A stretch of DNA of 64,000 nt, taken from a virus. The notes beneath the pieces were generated by a model that worked only from the letters and a program-made list of their open reading frames with translations, was not told the origin of the DNA and did no database searches. The position numbers were made by a program, and so were the translations under genes. Positions 1-8,857 of this stretch are shown piece by piece. How positions within the stretch are numbered: the first letter of the stretch is position 1; the number at the start of each line of letters is the position of its first letter. Location: the IMG/VR virus record IMGVR_UViG_3300045988_081376; one strand, given 5' to 3'.

Positions 1-90
1 CCCGCAAAGCTCCGAAGCGACGCGGCGCTTCATTTTTTTCTGCTCGCGCAGTCTCCGCAGCCGAACGGCGTATACCGGCATTTGGTCCAT
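1..90 (-). CDS. XRE-type HTH protein, N-terminal fragment (CDS continues beyond left edge)
   Basis: ATG at 90 behind GGGAGGAAGG. Reads MDQMPVYAVRLRRLREQKKMKRRVASELCG, a typical opening of HTH_3 regulators. Absent from the ORF track because it runs off the window. Confidence 0.3.
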   Translation of the reverse strand, partial: MDQMPVYAVRLRRLREQKKMKRRVASELCG

Positions 91-136
91 CGCGCCTTCC
101 TCCCGAAGCATTTTTTATTTACCGACATTGGGCGCT

Positions 137-376
137 TCATATCAGATTCTTCGCCTCATTCAGCGCCGCCAGATAGCCGTCCCAATATCGCAGGTCTGCG
201 TATCGGTCGCAAATCGTCGGGTCATTTTTCTGCATCTGCGCATAGCGGATCGCCTTTTGCAGCCGATTGAGCGCCGCCGCGCGGAATTGGTCCTGCTGCT
301 TTTGGATTTCCTCTCGTTTCGCCTTGCCGATCACCTCCGGCATCAGCCGGTCTTTTGCGTATTCGCTCATAGGCAT
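137..376 (-). CDS. hypothetical protein
   Basis: ORF 137..442. Likely start is MPMSEY at 376 behind GGGAGG, with a short overlap of the upstream gene end. Confidence 0.4.
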   Translation of the reverse strand: MPMSEYAKDRLMPEVIGKAKREEIQKQQDQFRAAALNRLQKAIRYAQMQKNDPTICDRYADLRYWDGYLAALNEAKNLI

Positions 377-711
377 CGTTCTGCCGCCTCCCGTCTCTTG
401 TAATTTCTCAGCGCCCTTTCGCTGCAGCCCAGCGCTCTGCACATTTCCGCATTTGTGAGTTTCAGCGTCAGCAGCTCACGCAATGTCTGTGAATCGTATC
501 GGCTCGGACGCCCCACCGTCTTTTTCTCTGATCTCCTTCTGCCCATGCAGTCCACGCAATGAGCATACGGGCAATGGTTCACGCAGTAGTCGATCTGCTC
601 CTGCGTGCTGTGCGTTTCAATGGGTCTTGCCTCCACTGCCTTCGCATCTTCGCTCTCCCACGGAGCGACGGCGTGGATGATCAGCGTGTGCACTTCATAG
701 CTCCCCACCAT
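367..711 (-). CDS. small DNA-binding protein (Cys/His cluster plus C-terminal HTH-like segment)
   Basis: CVNHCPYAHCVDC cluster followed by LRELLTLKLTNAEMCRALGCSERALRNY. Confidence 0.45.
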   Translation of the reverse strand: MVGSYEVHTLIIHAVAPWESEDAKAVEARPIETHSTQEQIDYCVNHCPYAHCVDCMGRRRSEKKTVGRPSRYDSQTLRELLTLKLTNAEMCRALGCSERALRNYKRREAAERCL

Positions 712-730
712 GCGTCTGCACCTCCTTCTG

Positions 731-1261
731 TCAGAAAACCTCCTGCACGGTGATTCCTCTGTTTTCCTGCATCAGTTTTACCTTGATGCGATAATCCTTG
801 TTTTTTCTTGTCCTCTCGCTCTTCACGTCTTCCACGACGAAGTGCCACGCTCCGTCTTTCGCTCGCGCTTCGTAGGAAAAGTCGGCTATGTATACCACCT
901 TTCCGCTCAGGTCGCCTTCCGGCGTGATAAAGCTTTCTTTCAGCGTGAATTGCGGCTGGATCTTCATTTCGCGGATCTCACCTGCCCTGAGCATCAGCAT
1001 CAGCTCATCGTACCGGCTCGCCTCCCGTGCGCTGTCAAACGTCCGCACATCGCCGTTTGGCATGATCCGTTCTGTCGGGCGGTTATGAAATTTTCGTTCA
1101 CTCTTTTTTTTAGGCTTTTCTTTTGCCTTTTGTGCGCTCTGCACCAGCTCTACGGCGGCGCGGGCGGCGCGGTTCACGTTCTGCCGCTTGATCTCGGCAT
1201 TGATTTGCTCACGGTACTTTTCAGGAAGATCGCTCACGCTGTCAAACCGGCATCCGCTCAT
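731..1261 (-). CDS. DUF1064-family phage protein (putative nuclease)
   Basis: FDSAREASRYDELMLMLRAGEIREMKIQPQF ... YIADFSY ... VEDVK pattern typical of DUF1064. Sits directly after the DnaC-like gene. Confidence 0.6.
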   Translation of the reverse strand: MSGCRFDSVSDLPEKYREQINAEIKRQNVNRAARAAVELVQSAQKAKEKPKKKSERKFHNRPTERIMPNGDVRTFDSAREASRYDELMLMLRAGEIREMKIQPQFTLKESFITPEGDLSGKVVYIADFSYEARAKDGAWHFVVEDVKSERTRKNKDYRIKVKLMQENRGITVQEVF

Positions 1262-1264
1262 GTC

Positions 1265-2101
1265 TTACGCGCCTCCTTCAAGGATTTCTTTCATGCGCCG
1301 CATTTTTTCGTTTGCAGCCTTTTGGCGAAAGCTCTCGCCCTTGAATGCAACAGGGACGCACAGCTCAAGGATTCTCTCGTAAATGCGCCGGTAGTCCATG
1401 TTTTTGGGTTTGCATAGCTCTTCAAGCGTCAGGTTCGTCGTGACGATCAGCGGCTTTTTCGCCTTGTATCGCTCGTCGATCACCATGTAGACCGTCTCCA
1501 TCGCGTATTCGGTACTACGCTCCACATCAAGGTCGTCGATGACGACCAGCGGGTAATAGTGCATCTGGTCAATAATCTCCTGCTTATCCCATCCCGCGTT
1601 CAGGATGCGGGGGAAACTCGTCACCATCGCCGGCGTTCCGCGGTCGATCAGGTAATTGGCAATGCAAGCCGCCGCGTAGGTCTTTCCGGTGCCGGTGTTG
1701 CCCCACAGAAGAAGTCCGCTGTTCTGCTCCTGCATCTCCTTCCAGTGCTCGGCGTAGCGTCTGCATTTCAAAAGTCCATCCGTCATTTCAGCGGAATCGA
1801 AGCGGCACGCCGTCAGGCTCTTGTCGCGGATTCCGTCGGCGCGCAGCGCCTCGATGCGCAGCCGCTTTTCCTCTCGCTCTCGCTCTTCCTTCCCGCGGAG
1901 ATACTCCTGATTTGTGCAGTCGCAGCAGCACCCGACGACCTGCGGCGTCTTTGCCGCCCCGTGGAGCATTACGCGGCACTGCTTCGGCTTGCCGCACTTT
2001 CCGCAGTGCAGCAGACCGTCTCGCAGGAAGTCCCCCTCTTCCGGTACAGCCAGCGCCGCCGATCGGCGCGCCAGCGTAGTGAAAATATCGTCCAGCATCA
2101 C
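1265..2101 (-). CDS. DnaC/IstB-like AAA+ helicase loader
   Basis: Walker A GNTGTGKTY, Walker B LVVIDDLD, N-terminal CxxC cluster. 4-nt overlap with the replisome organizer. Confidence 0.85.
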   Translation of the reverse strand: MMLDDIFTTLARRSAALAVPEEGDFLRDGLLHCGKCGKPKQCRVMLHGAAKTPQVVGCCCDCTNQEYLRGKEEREREEKRLRIEALRADGIRDKSLTACRFDSAEMTDGLLKCRRYAEHWKEMQEQNSGLLLWGNTGTGKTYAAACIANYLIDRGTPAMVTSFPRILNAGWDKQEIIDQMHYYPLVVIDDLDVERSTEYAMETVYMVIDERYKAKKPLIVTTNLTLEELCKPKNMDYRRIYERILELCVPVAFKGESFRQKAANEKMRRMKEILEGGA

Positions 2102-2991
2102 AAACTCCCGCTCATATCTCCGTAGTCGTAGGTGAACCCGCCGCCGTCAGGGCTATTGTTTCCGTTGGCTCTGTCCGCATAGTTCCCGTCTAAAACCTTC
2201 GCCATGTTCGCATCCCTGATGAGCCAGTCGAAATTCGCCATGAAATTTCGCTTGTTCCCGCCGTTGAGGAAGGTGCTCTGCGCCGCCAGCGTGAAAAGGC
2301 GCTCAAAGTCTTCCAGCTCATACCCGCTTGCGAACCGAGCCTTGATTGCTCTTTTCCGTGCCTCGCTCATGACGGTGCATTTTGTCATTTTCGGGCAAAG
2401 ATCGTTATACAGCTTCCGAACCTTTGCGTAAGGGATGCGCTCAGCTTCTTCCTGCTGGGGAGTTGCCGCCGCTTCGGGGGCAACGAGTTCTTCTGAACGT
2501 AGTGAAGAAGAACTATTATCTTTCTCTATCTCTTTCTCTATCTCTTTCTCTCCGTAACGATGTTCGCACAATGTCTTCACATCGTTCGCACAATGTGACG
2601 GTTCTTTTAATTTCGCCCTCGCTCGGGATTCCCTCATTCTCTTGGCGGACGAACCCTCACTTCCTACATTTTTCACTGCATACGGAAGGAAAAACGTTAC
2701 ATCATCCGAAGTCTCCGCCAAGCCACAGGAAAGAAGATAGTTGATCGTCACCTCCACATTGGCTGGTTCCTCGTCCAGCTCCAGCGCCAATTCATCGGCA
2801 AAACTGTCATCAAGACCAGACCACTGCAAAATACCGTCATGCTTCATGGCGATGAGCTGCATTTTCAGGTAGATGATGAGGTAGGTATCTCCGCCCGCCA
2901 GTTTTCTAAGCTTTTTGATGCGTTTTGAAGTGAAAAAGTCATCATAGAGCCTCAGCCAAAAATACCGATTTTCCTGCGCCATTTTTCGCAC
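2098..2991 (-). CDS. phage replisome organizer / DnaD-like replication initiator
   Basis: N-terminus NRYFWLRLYDDFFTSKRIKKLRKLAGGDTYLIIYLKMQL matches the replisome-organizer N-terminal signature. DnaD-like C-terminal part. Internal direct repeats. Confidence 0.75.
   Translation of the reverse strand: MRKMAQENRYFWLRLYDDFFTSKRIKKLRKLAGGDTYLIIYLKMQLIAMKHDGILQWSGLDDSFADELALELDEEPANVEVTINYLLSCGLAETSDDVTFFLPYAVKNVGSEGSSAKRMRESRARAKLKEPSHCANDVKTLCEHRYGEKEIEKEIEKDNSSSSLRSEELVAPEAAATPQQEEAERIPYAKVRKLYNDLCPKMTKCTVMSEARKRAIKARFASGYELEDFERLFTLAAQSTFLNGGNKRNFMANFDWLIRDANMAKVLDGNYADRANGNNSPDGGGFTYDYGDMSGSL
2517..2596. repeat. iteron-like direct repeats inside the replisome-organizer gene (candidate ori)
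   Basis: TATCTCTTTCTC at 2527-2538 and 2539-2550, plus a partial copy at 2517-2526. GTTCGCACAATGT at 2562-2574 and 2584-2596. Confidence 0.45.
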
Positions 2992-3008
2992 TCCTTTTCT
3001 CCGTCCTC

Positions 3009-3503
3009 CTAAATCGTCGGCACGTAGTCATATTCAGCGTTTTCCTGCTCCTGCTGCTCCCACGGCAGCGTTCCGCCGTCTTCCGCCGGCGCAGGGTGTT
3101 CCTCTGCATAAAATTCTTCTTTGCGAGGGGCGGATTCGGCGGAGGGGCGCGGTGCGGACAGAATGTCCAGCACCGCCGCCAGAAGGCTTTGAGATGAGAT
3201 CGTGTCGGCGCGAAGCTCGGACCAAATCTTTTCCTCACCGTCGCGCGTTCGGTATTTCCTCTGCGACCACACGCCGTCGATGCTCACCACGTCGCCCTTC
3301 TCCAGTGCGCAGGCGACTCGGGTGGTTTCATCGTTTCCAATTGCAAGAATATTCATGAATTCGCCGCGCGAATAGCACACGCCGAATTGCACTTTTGGCT
3401 CTCCCTTGGCGGTCTCTCCGACCTTGACCTCACGAGAGAGTTTGCCCCAGAGGTGCATCGGACGAGAACCGTCCGATGCTGCCTTTCCAACCATGATCCC
3501 CAT
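3009..3503 (-). CDS. ssb: single-stranded DNA-binding protein (OB fold)
   Basis: GDVVSIDGVWSQRKYRTRDGEEKIWSEL OB-fold core and an acidic C-terminal tail. Lies between RecT and the replisome organizer. Confidence 0.6.
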   Translation of the reverse strand: MGIMVGKAASDGSRPMHLWGKLSREVKVGETAKGEPKVQFGVCYSRGEFMNILAIGNDETTRVACALEKGDVVSIDGVWSQRKYRTRDGEEKIWSELRADTISSQSLLAAVLDILSAPRPSAESAPRKEEFYAEEHPAPAEDGGTLPWEQQEQENAEYDYVPTI

Positions 3504-3517
3504 TTTGCGCGCCCTCC

Positions 3518-4516
3518 TTAATCATCAAAGAAGCTCTGCGCGTAATCGCCCGTATTCGCGTCTGAGACGCGCTGTGCGGCGTTTTCTTTTTGTGAGGGTA
3601 ATTTCACATCCGAGCCAGCAGGTGCTCTCACAGCGCCCTCCGTGGCTTCCTGCGTGGCGTTTTCAGAATCCGCCGCCGTTTCGACCACCTCCCCGGTCGT
3701 CGGGATCACGCGCTCGGGCATCTGGAAGTCGGGGATCACGCCGCTGTCTTCGCTTTGGCTGTCGCTGGCAAACGCCGTCTTTACCTCGGGAGAAAGCGGT
3801 GCATAGCCGCTGTTAAGCAGCTGTCGAATGACCGTCTTGCGGCACATCTTGTCCTGCCCGCCGTTCGGGTCGTACCAGGGCGAGCCGTTCAGCAGTTTTT
3901 CAACGTCCTTCGGGTTCATGCTGCCGCTCTGCATTTCGAGAAATTTTTCAAGGTGAAATGCCTTGGAATATCGGTCCGCGTGACGCAAAAGCCTGTCCAT
4001 GGGCCAATATTCATAGCGGAACATGGAATTTTTTAATTCGAAATACCCATAGTAGCCGATAACGGGCTTGCTCTGCCGCTCTTCATCGCTTTCATACTTG
4101 GCGAGGTTCACAATGGGCTTGCCCGTCCGGCGATCCCTTCCTTCGATCTCTCCCTCACGGACTTCCACGCAGTCGATGTCTGCATAAAATCCCGTGGACA
4201 TTGCAAGTTGAATGTAGCCCTTGTACGAAAGTAGGTAGGTAGCGGTGGTCCCATAGGGCACAACATAGTAGCCGTTTCCAAAAATCAGTCCCATTCCCTC
4301 GCCCCGGAGAGCCGCCGCCACAATGGTGCTAGGTTCGCAGTTCTTCAGCTGATCGCTGGCGCTTACAGCGGAAATCAGCGTCGATGTAATCCGCGCAACC
4401 GCTCTTTCGTCGCGGAGTGATTTCAACATCATGTTCTGCATCGCCGCCGACGTAATAGCGGCTGAAAACGTCTGCTTTTGAGCTATCTGCGGGGCAAAAC
4501 TATTGTTAACTTTCAT
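3518..4516 (-). CDS. recT: RecT-family single-strand annealing recombinase
   Basis: N-terminal half (ALRGEGMGLIFGNGYYVVPYG..SYKGYIQLA) resembles the RecT family. Neighbours are a YqaJ exonuclease and DUF1351. Confidence 0.8.
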   Translation of the reverse strand: MKVNNSFAPQIAQKQTFSAAITSAAMQNMMLKSLRDERAVARITSTLISAVSASDQLKNCEPSTIVAAALRGEGMGLIFGNGYYVVPYGTTATYLLSYKGYIQLAMSTGFYADIDCVEVREGEIEGRDRRTGKPIVNLAKYESDEERQSKPVIGYYGYFELKNSMFRYEYWPMDRLLRHADRYSKAFHLEKFLEMQSGSMNPKDVEKLLNGSPWYDPNGGQDKMCRKTVIRQLLNSGYAPLSPEVKTAFASDSQSEDSGVIPDFQMPERVIPTTGEVVETAADSENATQEATEGAVRAPAGSDVKLPSQKENAAQRVSDANTGDYAQSFFDD

Positions 4517-4668
4517 TGTTAATTCCCTTTCTTTTGCTTGGTGTTGTTACTGTTTTTTCATCAGTCCAGCCTTTTCGCTTCCTCGAATAAAGAAGGTCGG
4601 CAGAGACACCCAGTTTTTCGGACCAAACGGAAACAGGGTAATTCTCACCGCCAAAGGATATTAGGCGA

Positions 4669-5154
4669 TTACTCGTTTCGGTTTTCGGATTGCCGTTTTG
4701 CCGTTTCCCACCGGCAATTCTCCGGACAGTAGTTGCCGTTCACATCAATACGGTCTATGGTCAAATCGTCCCGGTAGCCATTGGCAAGCGCCCAATCCCG
4801 GAACGCTTCAAAACCGTTCCGCCATTCTTCGCAGACCGTAATCCCTCGCCCTCCGTAATGCGGATAGCATAAAACCCGCTCATTGAAGCACCTTGCCTTC
4901 ATGCTCTTCCAAGTGCGATATAGCCGCGATTCGCTCATCCCATGCTTTCTGTGCGCATCGCCCGAGGCGGCGGGAATCAAGCACCCGCACGACTTCGTAT
5001 CTCCGCTTCGCAAAGCATTTGTTTTGACAAGAGTCTCGTTTCCACAATCGCATTTGCACTTCCATAGAGTTTTTCGGTTCGGCGCGTGTCCTGCAAATTC
5101 AATGACCGTAAGTTTCCCAAAGCGCTGCTCGGTCAAATCCAATAAACGACCCAT
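4669..5154 (-). CDS. HNH/AP2-like homing-endonuclease-family protein, paralog 1 (short form)
   Basis: LTEQRFGKLTVIE..WKCKCDCGNE..SCGCL zinc module, YGGRGITVCEEW, and [17 protein letters not shown] degenerate HNH_3-like motif. Paralogs at 7300..7995 and 30465..31097. Confidence 0.6.
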   Translation of the reverse strand: MGRLLDLTEQRFGKLTVIEFAGHAPNRKTLWKCKCDCGNETLVKTNALRSGDTKSCGCLIPAASGDAHRKHGMSESRLYRTWKSMKARCFNERVLCYPHYGGRGITVCEEWRNGFEAFRDWALANGYRDDLTIDRIDVNGNYCPENCRWETAKRQSENRNE

Positions 5155-5160
5155 GTTGGC

Positions 5161-6060
5161 TTAATCCGCGCGTCCAAACTGGATGCCGTTTTCCTTCATG
5201 TACTGCTTCAAGCCGTTCAGCTGCTCCGCTGTGCCGCGCACGCGGAAGACCAGCTCGAACATCTTCGGTGTCTCTTCCGTCTGCTCCGTGTGCGCAGTCT
5301 CGCGCGGCTCCTCCGTTCTGGGCGGCTCTGCTATCTTCGGCGTTGGTGCTTCCGTTGTCCGCGCGGCGGCTAGCTTATTCGCCACGTCCTGCTCCTGCTC
5401 GCGGCGCATACGCTTGCGCGTTTCCTCGATTTCCTTGATCCGCAGCAGGTTTTCGTTTCGTTTCAGGCACGACGCCAAATCGTGCGTCCGGCGGAACTCG
5501 TCCAGCAGCGTGGTCTCGAACTCGCTGTGCAGCGCGCGCAGGCTCTCCACGGCGTTCGAACACTTGGCGATCTCGCAGATAATGTCCTTGCGCGCCTGTT
5601 CCTCGGAGTAAGTGGCATTCATCCAGCGCGGGTTGTAGATGGCGTCGAACGTCAGAAAATCGTTCATCTCGCCAATGCTCTGGTTGAAAAACGCGCGCAG
5701 CCGTTCGTTCTTCTCCGCTTTCTTCGCCTCGTCGAAGGCTTTGATCTGCCCGTCGAGGTTTGCGGCGCTCTCATCGCACAGCGCCATCAGGGCTTTGCAC
5801 TTTTCCTCGAACGGCTTATAGCTCTGCATCGCTGCTTCCTTTGCCATCTTGCGGCACTCGTCGATGCGGGCAGCCACCTTGCGGATCGTCGCGCGGTAGC
5901 TTTTAGCAGACGCGATCCCGTCCTCAGTGACGACCATCGTGCGGTACGGCGCAAGATTCTCGTCCAGCCATGCCTTGCACTCCTCGAAATTCGCCTGAAT
6001 ATCGAAATTGCGCAGCGGCGTCAGATCGGTCGAAATGCTGAATTCCATTGCTCCACTCAT
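5161..6060 (-). CDS. DUF1351-family protein (RecT-associated)
   Basis: MEFSISTDLTPLRNFDIQANFEECKAWLDENLAPY... then a K/E-rich coiled coil, as in DUF1351 proteins of Firmicutes siphophages. Confidence 0.55.
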   Translation of the reverse strand: MSGAMEFSISTDLTPLRNFDIQANFEECKAWLDENLAPYRTMVVTEDGIASAKSYRATIRKVAARIDECRKMAKEAAMQSYKPFEEKCKALMALCDESAANLDGQIKAFDEAKKAEKNERLRAFFNQSIGEMNDFLTFDAIYNPRWMNATYSEEQARKDIICEIAKCSNAVESLRALHSEFETTLLDEFRRTHDLASCLKRNENLLRIKEIEETRKRMRREQEQDVANKLAAARTTEAPTPKIAEPPRTEEPRETAHTEQTEETPKMFELVFRVRGTAEQLNGLKQYMKENGIQFGRAD

Positions 6061-6296
6061 GCTTTTCCCTCCTCGGCGTCATACTGCGTGATCTCGCGCA
6101 GAAGCGGCAGGATATGCGGCGCGATGCTGTTCTCCGGCACATCAGTTTCCAGCACAATGGCGCGGTTGTCTCCGCCCTTCGTCGGCGCGATCACCTTGTC
6201 GCCCGCCTTGAGCGGCAGGCTCGTGCGATAGGTGTAGGCCATGCCTGCATAGCCGCTGAGCTGCGGCTTGTAATATCGGACCGTCACATACATCAT
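6057..6296 (-). CDS. hypothetical protein
   Basis: ORF track. 4-nt overlaps with both neighbours in the same operon. Confidence 0.45.
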   Translation of the reverse strand: MMYVTVRYYKPQLSGYAGMAYTYRTSLPLKAGDKVIAPTKGGDNRAIVLETDVPENSIAPHILPLLREITQYDAEEGKA

Positions 6297-6643
6297 CGCT
6301 CACCGCCCTTTCTCGGCACGCGCGTCACCCTGACCGCAAACGAAATGCCCGGTCCCTGTGCTTCCGGTTCTTCCTTCTCTTCCTCGTGCTTAGTTTCCGA
6401 GCGCAGCCAGCGAGCGAAGTCCACAGCCCTGCAAATGTCCTGGTCTTCCTTCAGCTCATCGATTGCCTGCTCCGTTCGCAGGATCGTATCTGCGATAGAA
6501 AGCGCGTCGCACTCGGCAAATACGATGGTTCTTGCGTCTCCGTGCTCGCCCGCCTCATCCATCGACAGCAGCGCGCACTTGCAGACCATCTTGCTGATTT
6601 CCTCCTGTTTTTCGAGATCCCTTACCGTGATTTCCAATGCCAT
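6293..6643 (-). CDS. hypothetical protein
   Basis: ORF track. Translationally coupled to the downstream gene. Confidence 0.45.
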   Translation of the reverse strand: MALEITVRDLEKQEEISKMVCKCALLSMDEAGEHGDARTIVFAECDALSIADTILRTEQAIDELKEDQDICRAVDFARWLRSETKHEEEKEEPEAQGPGISFAVRVTRVPRKGGER

Positions 6644-6686
6644 TTTGTTGTTCTCCTTTTCAGTTTTTATCGTTCAGAGCCAACGC

Positions 6687-7343
6687 TCAGAGCGTCAAGA
6701 TTTGCGACGGCATCGTTCCGTTTTCCACGTGCCGCCAGAAAGCCTCTGCGCGAGGAAGGAAAAATTGAATATCTGATTCGCAATCGTTTCTCTCGAATTT
6801 GTAGGCGCGTAAGCTTGCATCACCATCAGCGTTCAGCAGGAGTGCCCAAACCACCGCAAATTCAAACTCACCGCAAAACATTTGCTCGAGTATCTGCGCA
6901 TAATATGTTTTTGGAATTTGTCTGTCCCACTTCTCCCAGTCATTTCTTCCGAGGCACGTCGCGGTCTTGCTCTCGTAAATGCCCTTTCGTCCGCTGGTCA
7001 ATTCAACCAGCTCGCCATCCGGGGTGCAGGACAAAAAACTGTATCTTCCGACCGGTCGCAAAATGGTAAAAGGCTCAAACGTCAATTCGTATTCCGGGTG
7101 CATAAGCCGGAACATCTCCCGCAGAGGTTCTTCTGCAACATTGCCGAATTGAACGCGCGGATTATCGCTTATGTCTTTCGGCGTAACGGCTCCTAACTTT
7201 TCTTTCCAGAGCTGGATTGGCGTCTTGAAGCCGGACACCCCCAAGACCGAACCAATATCGCTTGCTCCCAGCCCGTGAGATCGACCAATTAACCATTCCT
7301 TACGATTTGGGTACGTTGTTCTCGTTATCAACCTTCGGTTCAC
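6687..7343 (-). CDS. YqaJ/lambda-Exo-like exonuclease (RecT partner)
   Basis: GASDIGSVLGVSGFKTPIQLWKEKLG YqaJ signature. The longest ORF (to 7478) overlaps the upstream gene, so the start is probably GTG 7343 or TTG 7331 behind AAGGAGG. Confidence 0.75.
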   Translation of the reverse strand: MNRRLITRTTYPNRKEWLIGRSHGLGASDIGSVLGVSGFKTPIQLWKEKLGAVTPKDISDNPRVQFGNVAEEPLREMFRLMHPEYELTFEPFTILRPVGRYSFLSCTPDGELVELTSGRKGIYESKTATCLGRNDWEKWDRQIPKTYYAQILEQMFCGEFEFAVVWALLLNADGDASLRAYKFERNDCESDIQFFLPRAEAFWRHVENGTMPSQILTL

Positions 7344-7995
7344 CTCCTTTTTGGGGTGGGGCGAATACCGCTCGTTCCGCATCCCATCCACTACGAATCC
7401 GGTCGTATATCGTGTGGCTGGGAATTCCAGAAACCTTTGACCATGCGGCGATGGTCTTTTTTTCTCCCCGAATATCAAGAAAGTGATTTTTTTGCCTGTT
7501 ATTGCACTGCTCGGACTGCGTCGCCCAGCGGCAATTGTCGGGGCAGTAGTTCCCGTTTACATCAATACGGTCGATGGTGCATTGCCCGCGCGGCGCTTGC
7601 ACGTCATATCCAGCTCCTATAGCCCAATCCCGGAACGCCTCAAAACTCTCGCGCCATTCGTCGCACACCACAATCCCGCGTCCGCCATAAAGCGGGTATT
7701 CCTTACAGTGTTCGTTAAAACACCTCCGTTTCATCGCGTTCCATACGGTGTAAAGCCTTGTTCCGCTACCACCATGAGTTGTTTTCAACTCCGATAGCAT
7801 CTTGCTTACCCTCTGCCTGTGCAAACACCCGCAGCTCTCTGCTCGGCCAGCATTTAACTCGCCCGCGTTTGCTCTAACTTCCTTGCCGCAATCGCACCGG
7901 CACAACCACGCCGGGCGATTGTGTATCCGACCGTCTTGCCGAACGACCGTCAATCGCTCATACCGGCGTCCGGTTAGATCAATAAACTTAGGCAT
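7300..7995 (-). CDS. HNH/AP2-like homing-endonuclease-family protein, paralog 2 (long form with C-terminal HTH)
   Basis: Start MPKFIDLTGRRYERLTVV at 7995. [42 protein letters not shown]-terminal KKTIAAWSKVSGIPSHTIYDRIRSGW. Confidence 0.65.
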   Translation of the reverse strand: MPKFIDLTGRRYERLTVVRQDGRIHNRPAWLCRCDCGKEVRANAGELNAGRAESCGCLHRQRVSKMLSELKTTHGGSGTRLYTVWNAMKRRCFNEHCKEYPLYGGRGIVVCDEWRESFEAFRDWAIGAGYDVQAPRGQCTIDRIDVNGNYCPDNCRWATQSEQCNNRQKNHFLDIRGEKKTIAAWSKVSGIPSHTIYDRIRSGWDAERAVFAPPQKGGEPKVDNENNVPKS

Positions 7996-8749
7996 AGCCC
8001 AGCACTCCCTGCCACTTCCCCTGTTTCTCAAGCACGTCTCTCGCGTATTCGCTCGCGCCGCCGTGGCCGGTGTTGTAAGCTGTAAGCGCATCTGTCAGGT
8101 TGCCGCATCCGTAAACGCCAAGCAAATGTGTCAGCACTGCGCATCCTGTGCGGAAATTCCCTGCCGGGTCCATCAGGTCGGTTACGCCGATGCTTTCTGC
8201 CGTCTTCGACCACCAGCGCGGCTGGATCTGGCAGTAGCCATAGCTCTTCCCGCCGTCTCCGATCTCGTTCTTGAAGTGCGTTTCCCGCTCGATCAGCGCA
8301 AGCATCAGCGGATAGTCCACCGAAAACTCCTCGCAAGCTCCATATAGGGCTTCCTGTTCCTCGTAGCTCAGAGGAACGGCCTCGCTGAAAGGGAAAGGGA
8401 TGTATGCGTACTCTTCCGCCACCGCGCCATCCGAGAAAACAAGCGCGTCATCGATCATCAGAACCGGCTGTGCATCCTCAGAGGGGAGTGTCGGGCATTC
8501 CGCGCTTTCCGTTTCGACAGCGGTCTCGGTCATCCTGATGTCGTGAAGCAGCTCTCCCACAACCCAGACCGCAATCAGAATGTTGACCAGCAGCATCAGG
8601 AATGCCAGATAAGGAAGAAGAAACGTCACCGCGTCCTCCGCCTTCTGGATGCGGCGCTGTCTGCGAATCTTTTTCCGCCGCTCGCGGCGTTCCATCTGTG
8701 CGATACGTGCTTGACGCTCCTTCGAGCTTTCGTTCGTTTCGAAATTCAT
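7988..8749 (-). CDS. membrane-anchored lytic transglycosylase (SLT domain)
   Basis: TM segment FLLPYLAFLMLLVNILIAVWVV. LMLALIERETHF..YGYCQI..AYNTG SLT catalytic pattern. Confidence 0.7.
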   Translation of the reverse strand: MNFETNESSKERQARIAQMERRERRKKIRRQRRIQKAEDAVTFLLPYLAFLMLLVNILIAVWVVGELLHDIRMTETAVETESAECPTLPSEDAQPVLMIDDALVFSDGAVAEEYAYIPFPFSEAVPLSYEEQEALYGACEEFSVDYPLMLALIERETHFKNEIGDGGKSYGYCQIQPRWWSKTAESIGVTDLMDPAGNFRTGCAVLTHLLGVYGCGNLTDALTAYNTGHGGASEYARDVLEKQGKWQGVLGYA

Positions 8750-8767
8750 TTCGCGTGCTCCTTTTCT

Positions 8768-8821
8768 GCAAAAATAAAAGAGGGGCTGAGTCCCGAGATT
8801 TTCCCGGTTGCTCAGCCCCTC
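8768..8821 (-). terminator. intrinsic terminator inside the early leftward operon
   Basis: 11-bp stem GAGGGGCTGAG (8780-8790) / CTCAGCCCCTC (8811-8821). On the minus strand it is followed by TTTTATTTTT. Confidence 0.6.
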
Positions 8822-8857
8822 TTGGCTCTTCCGACCGCCCGCTTGCGGTCAGGTACG

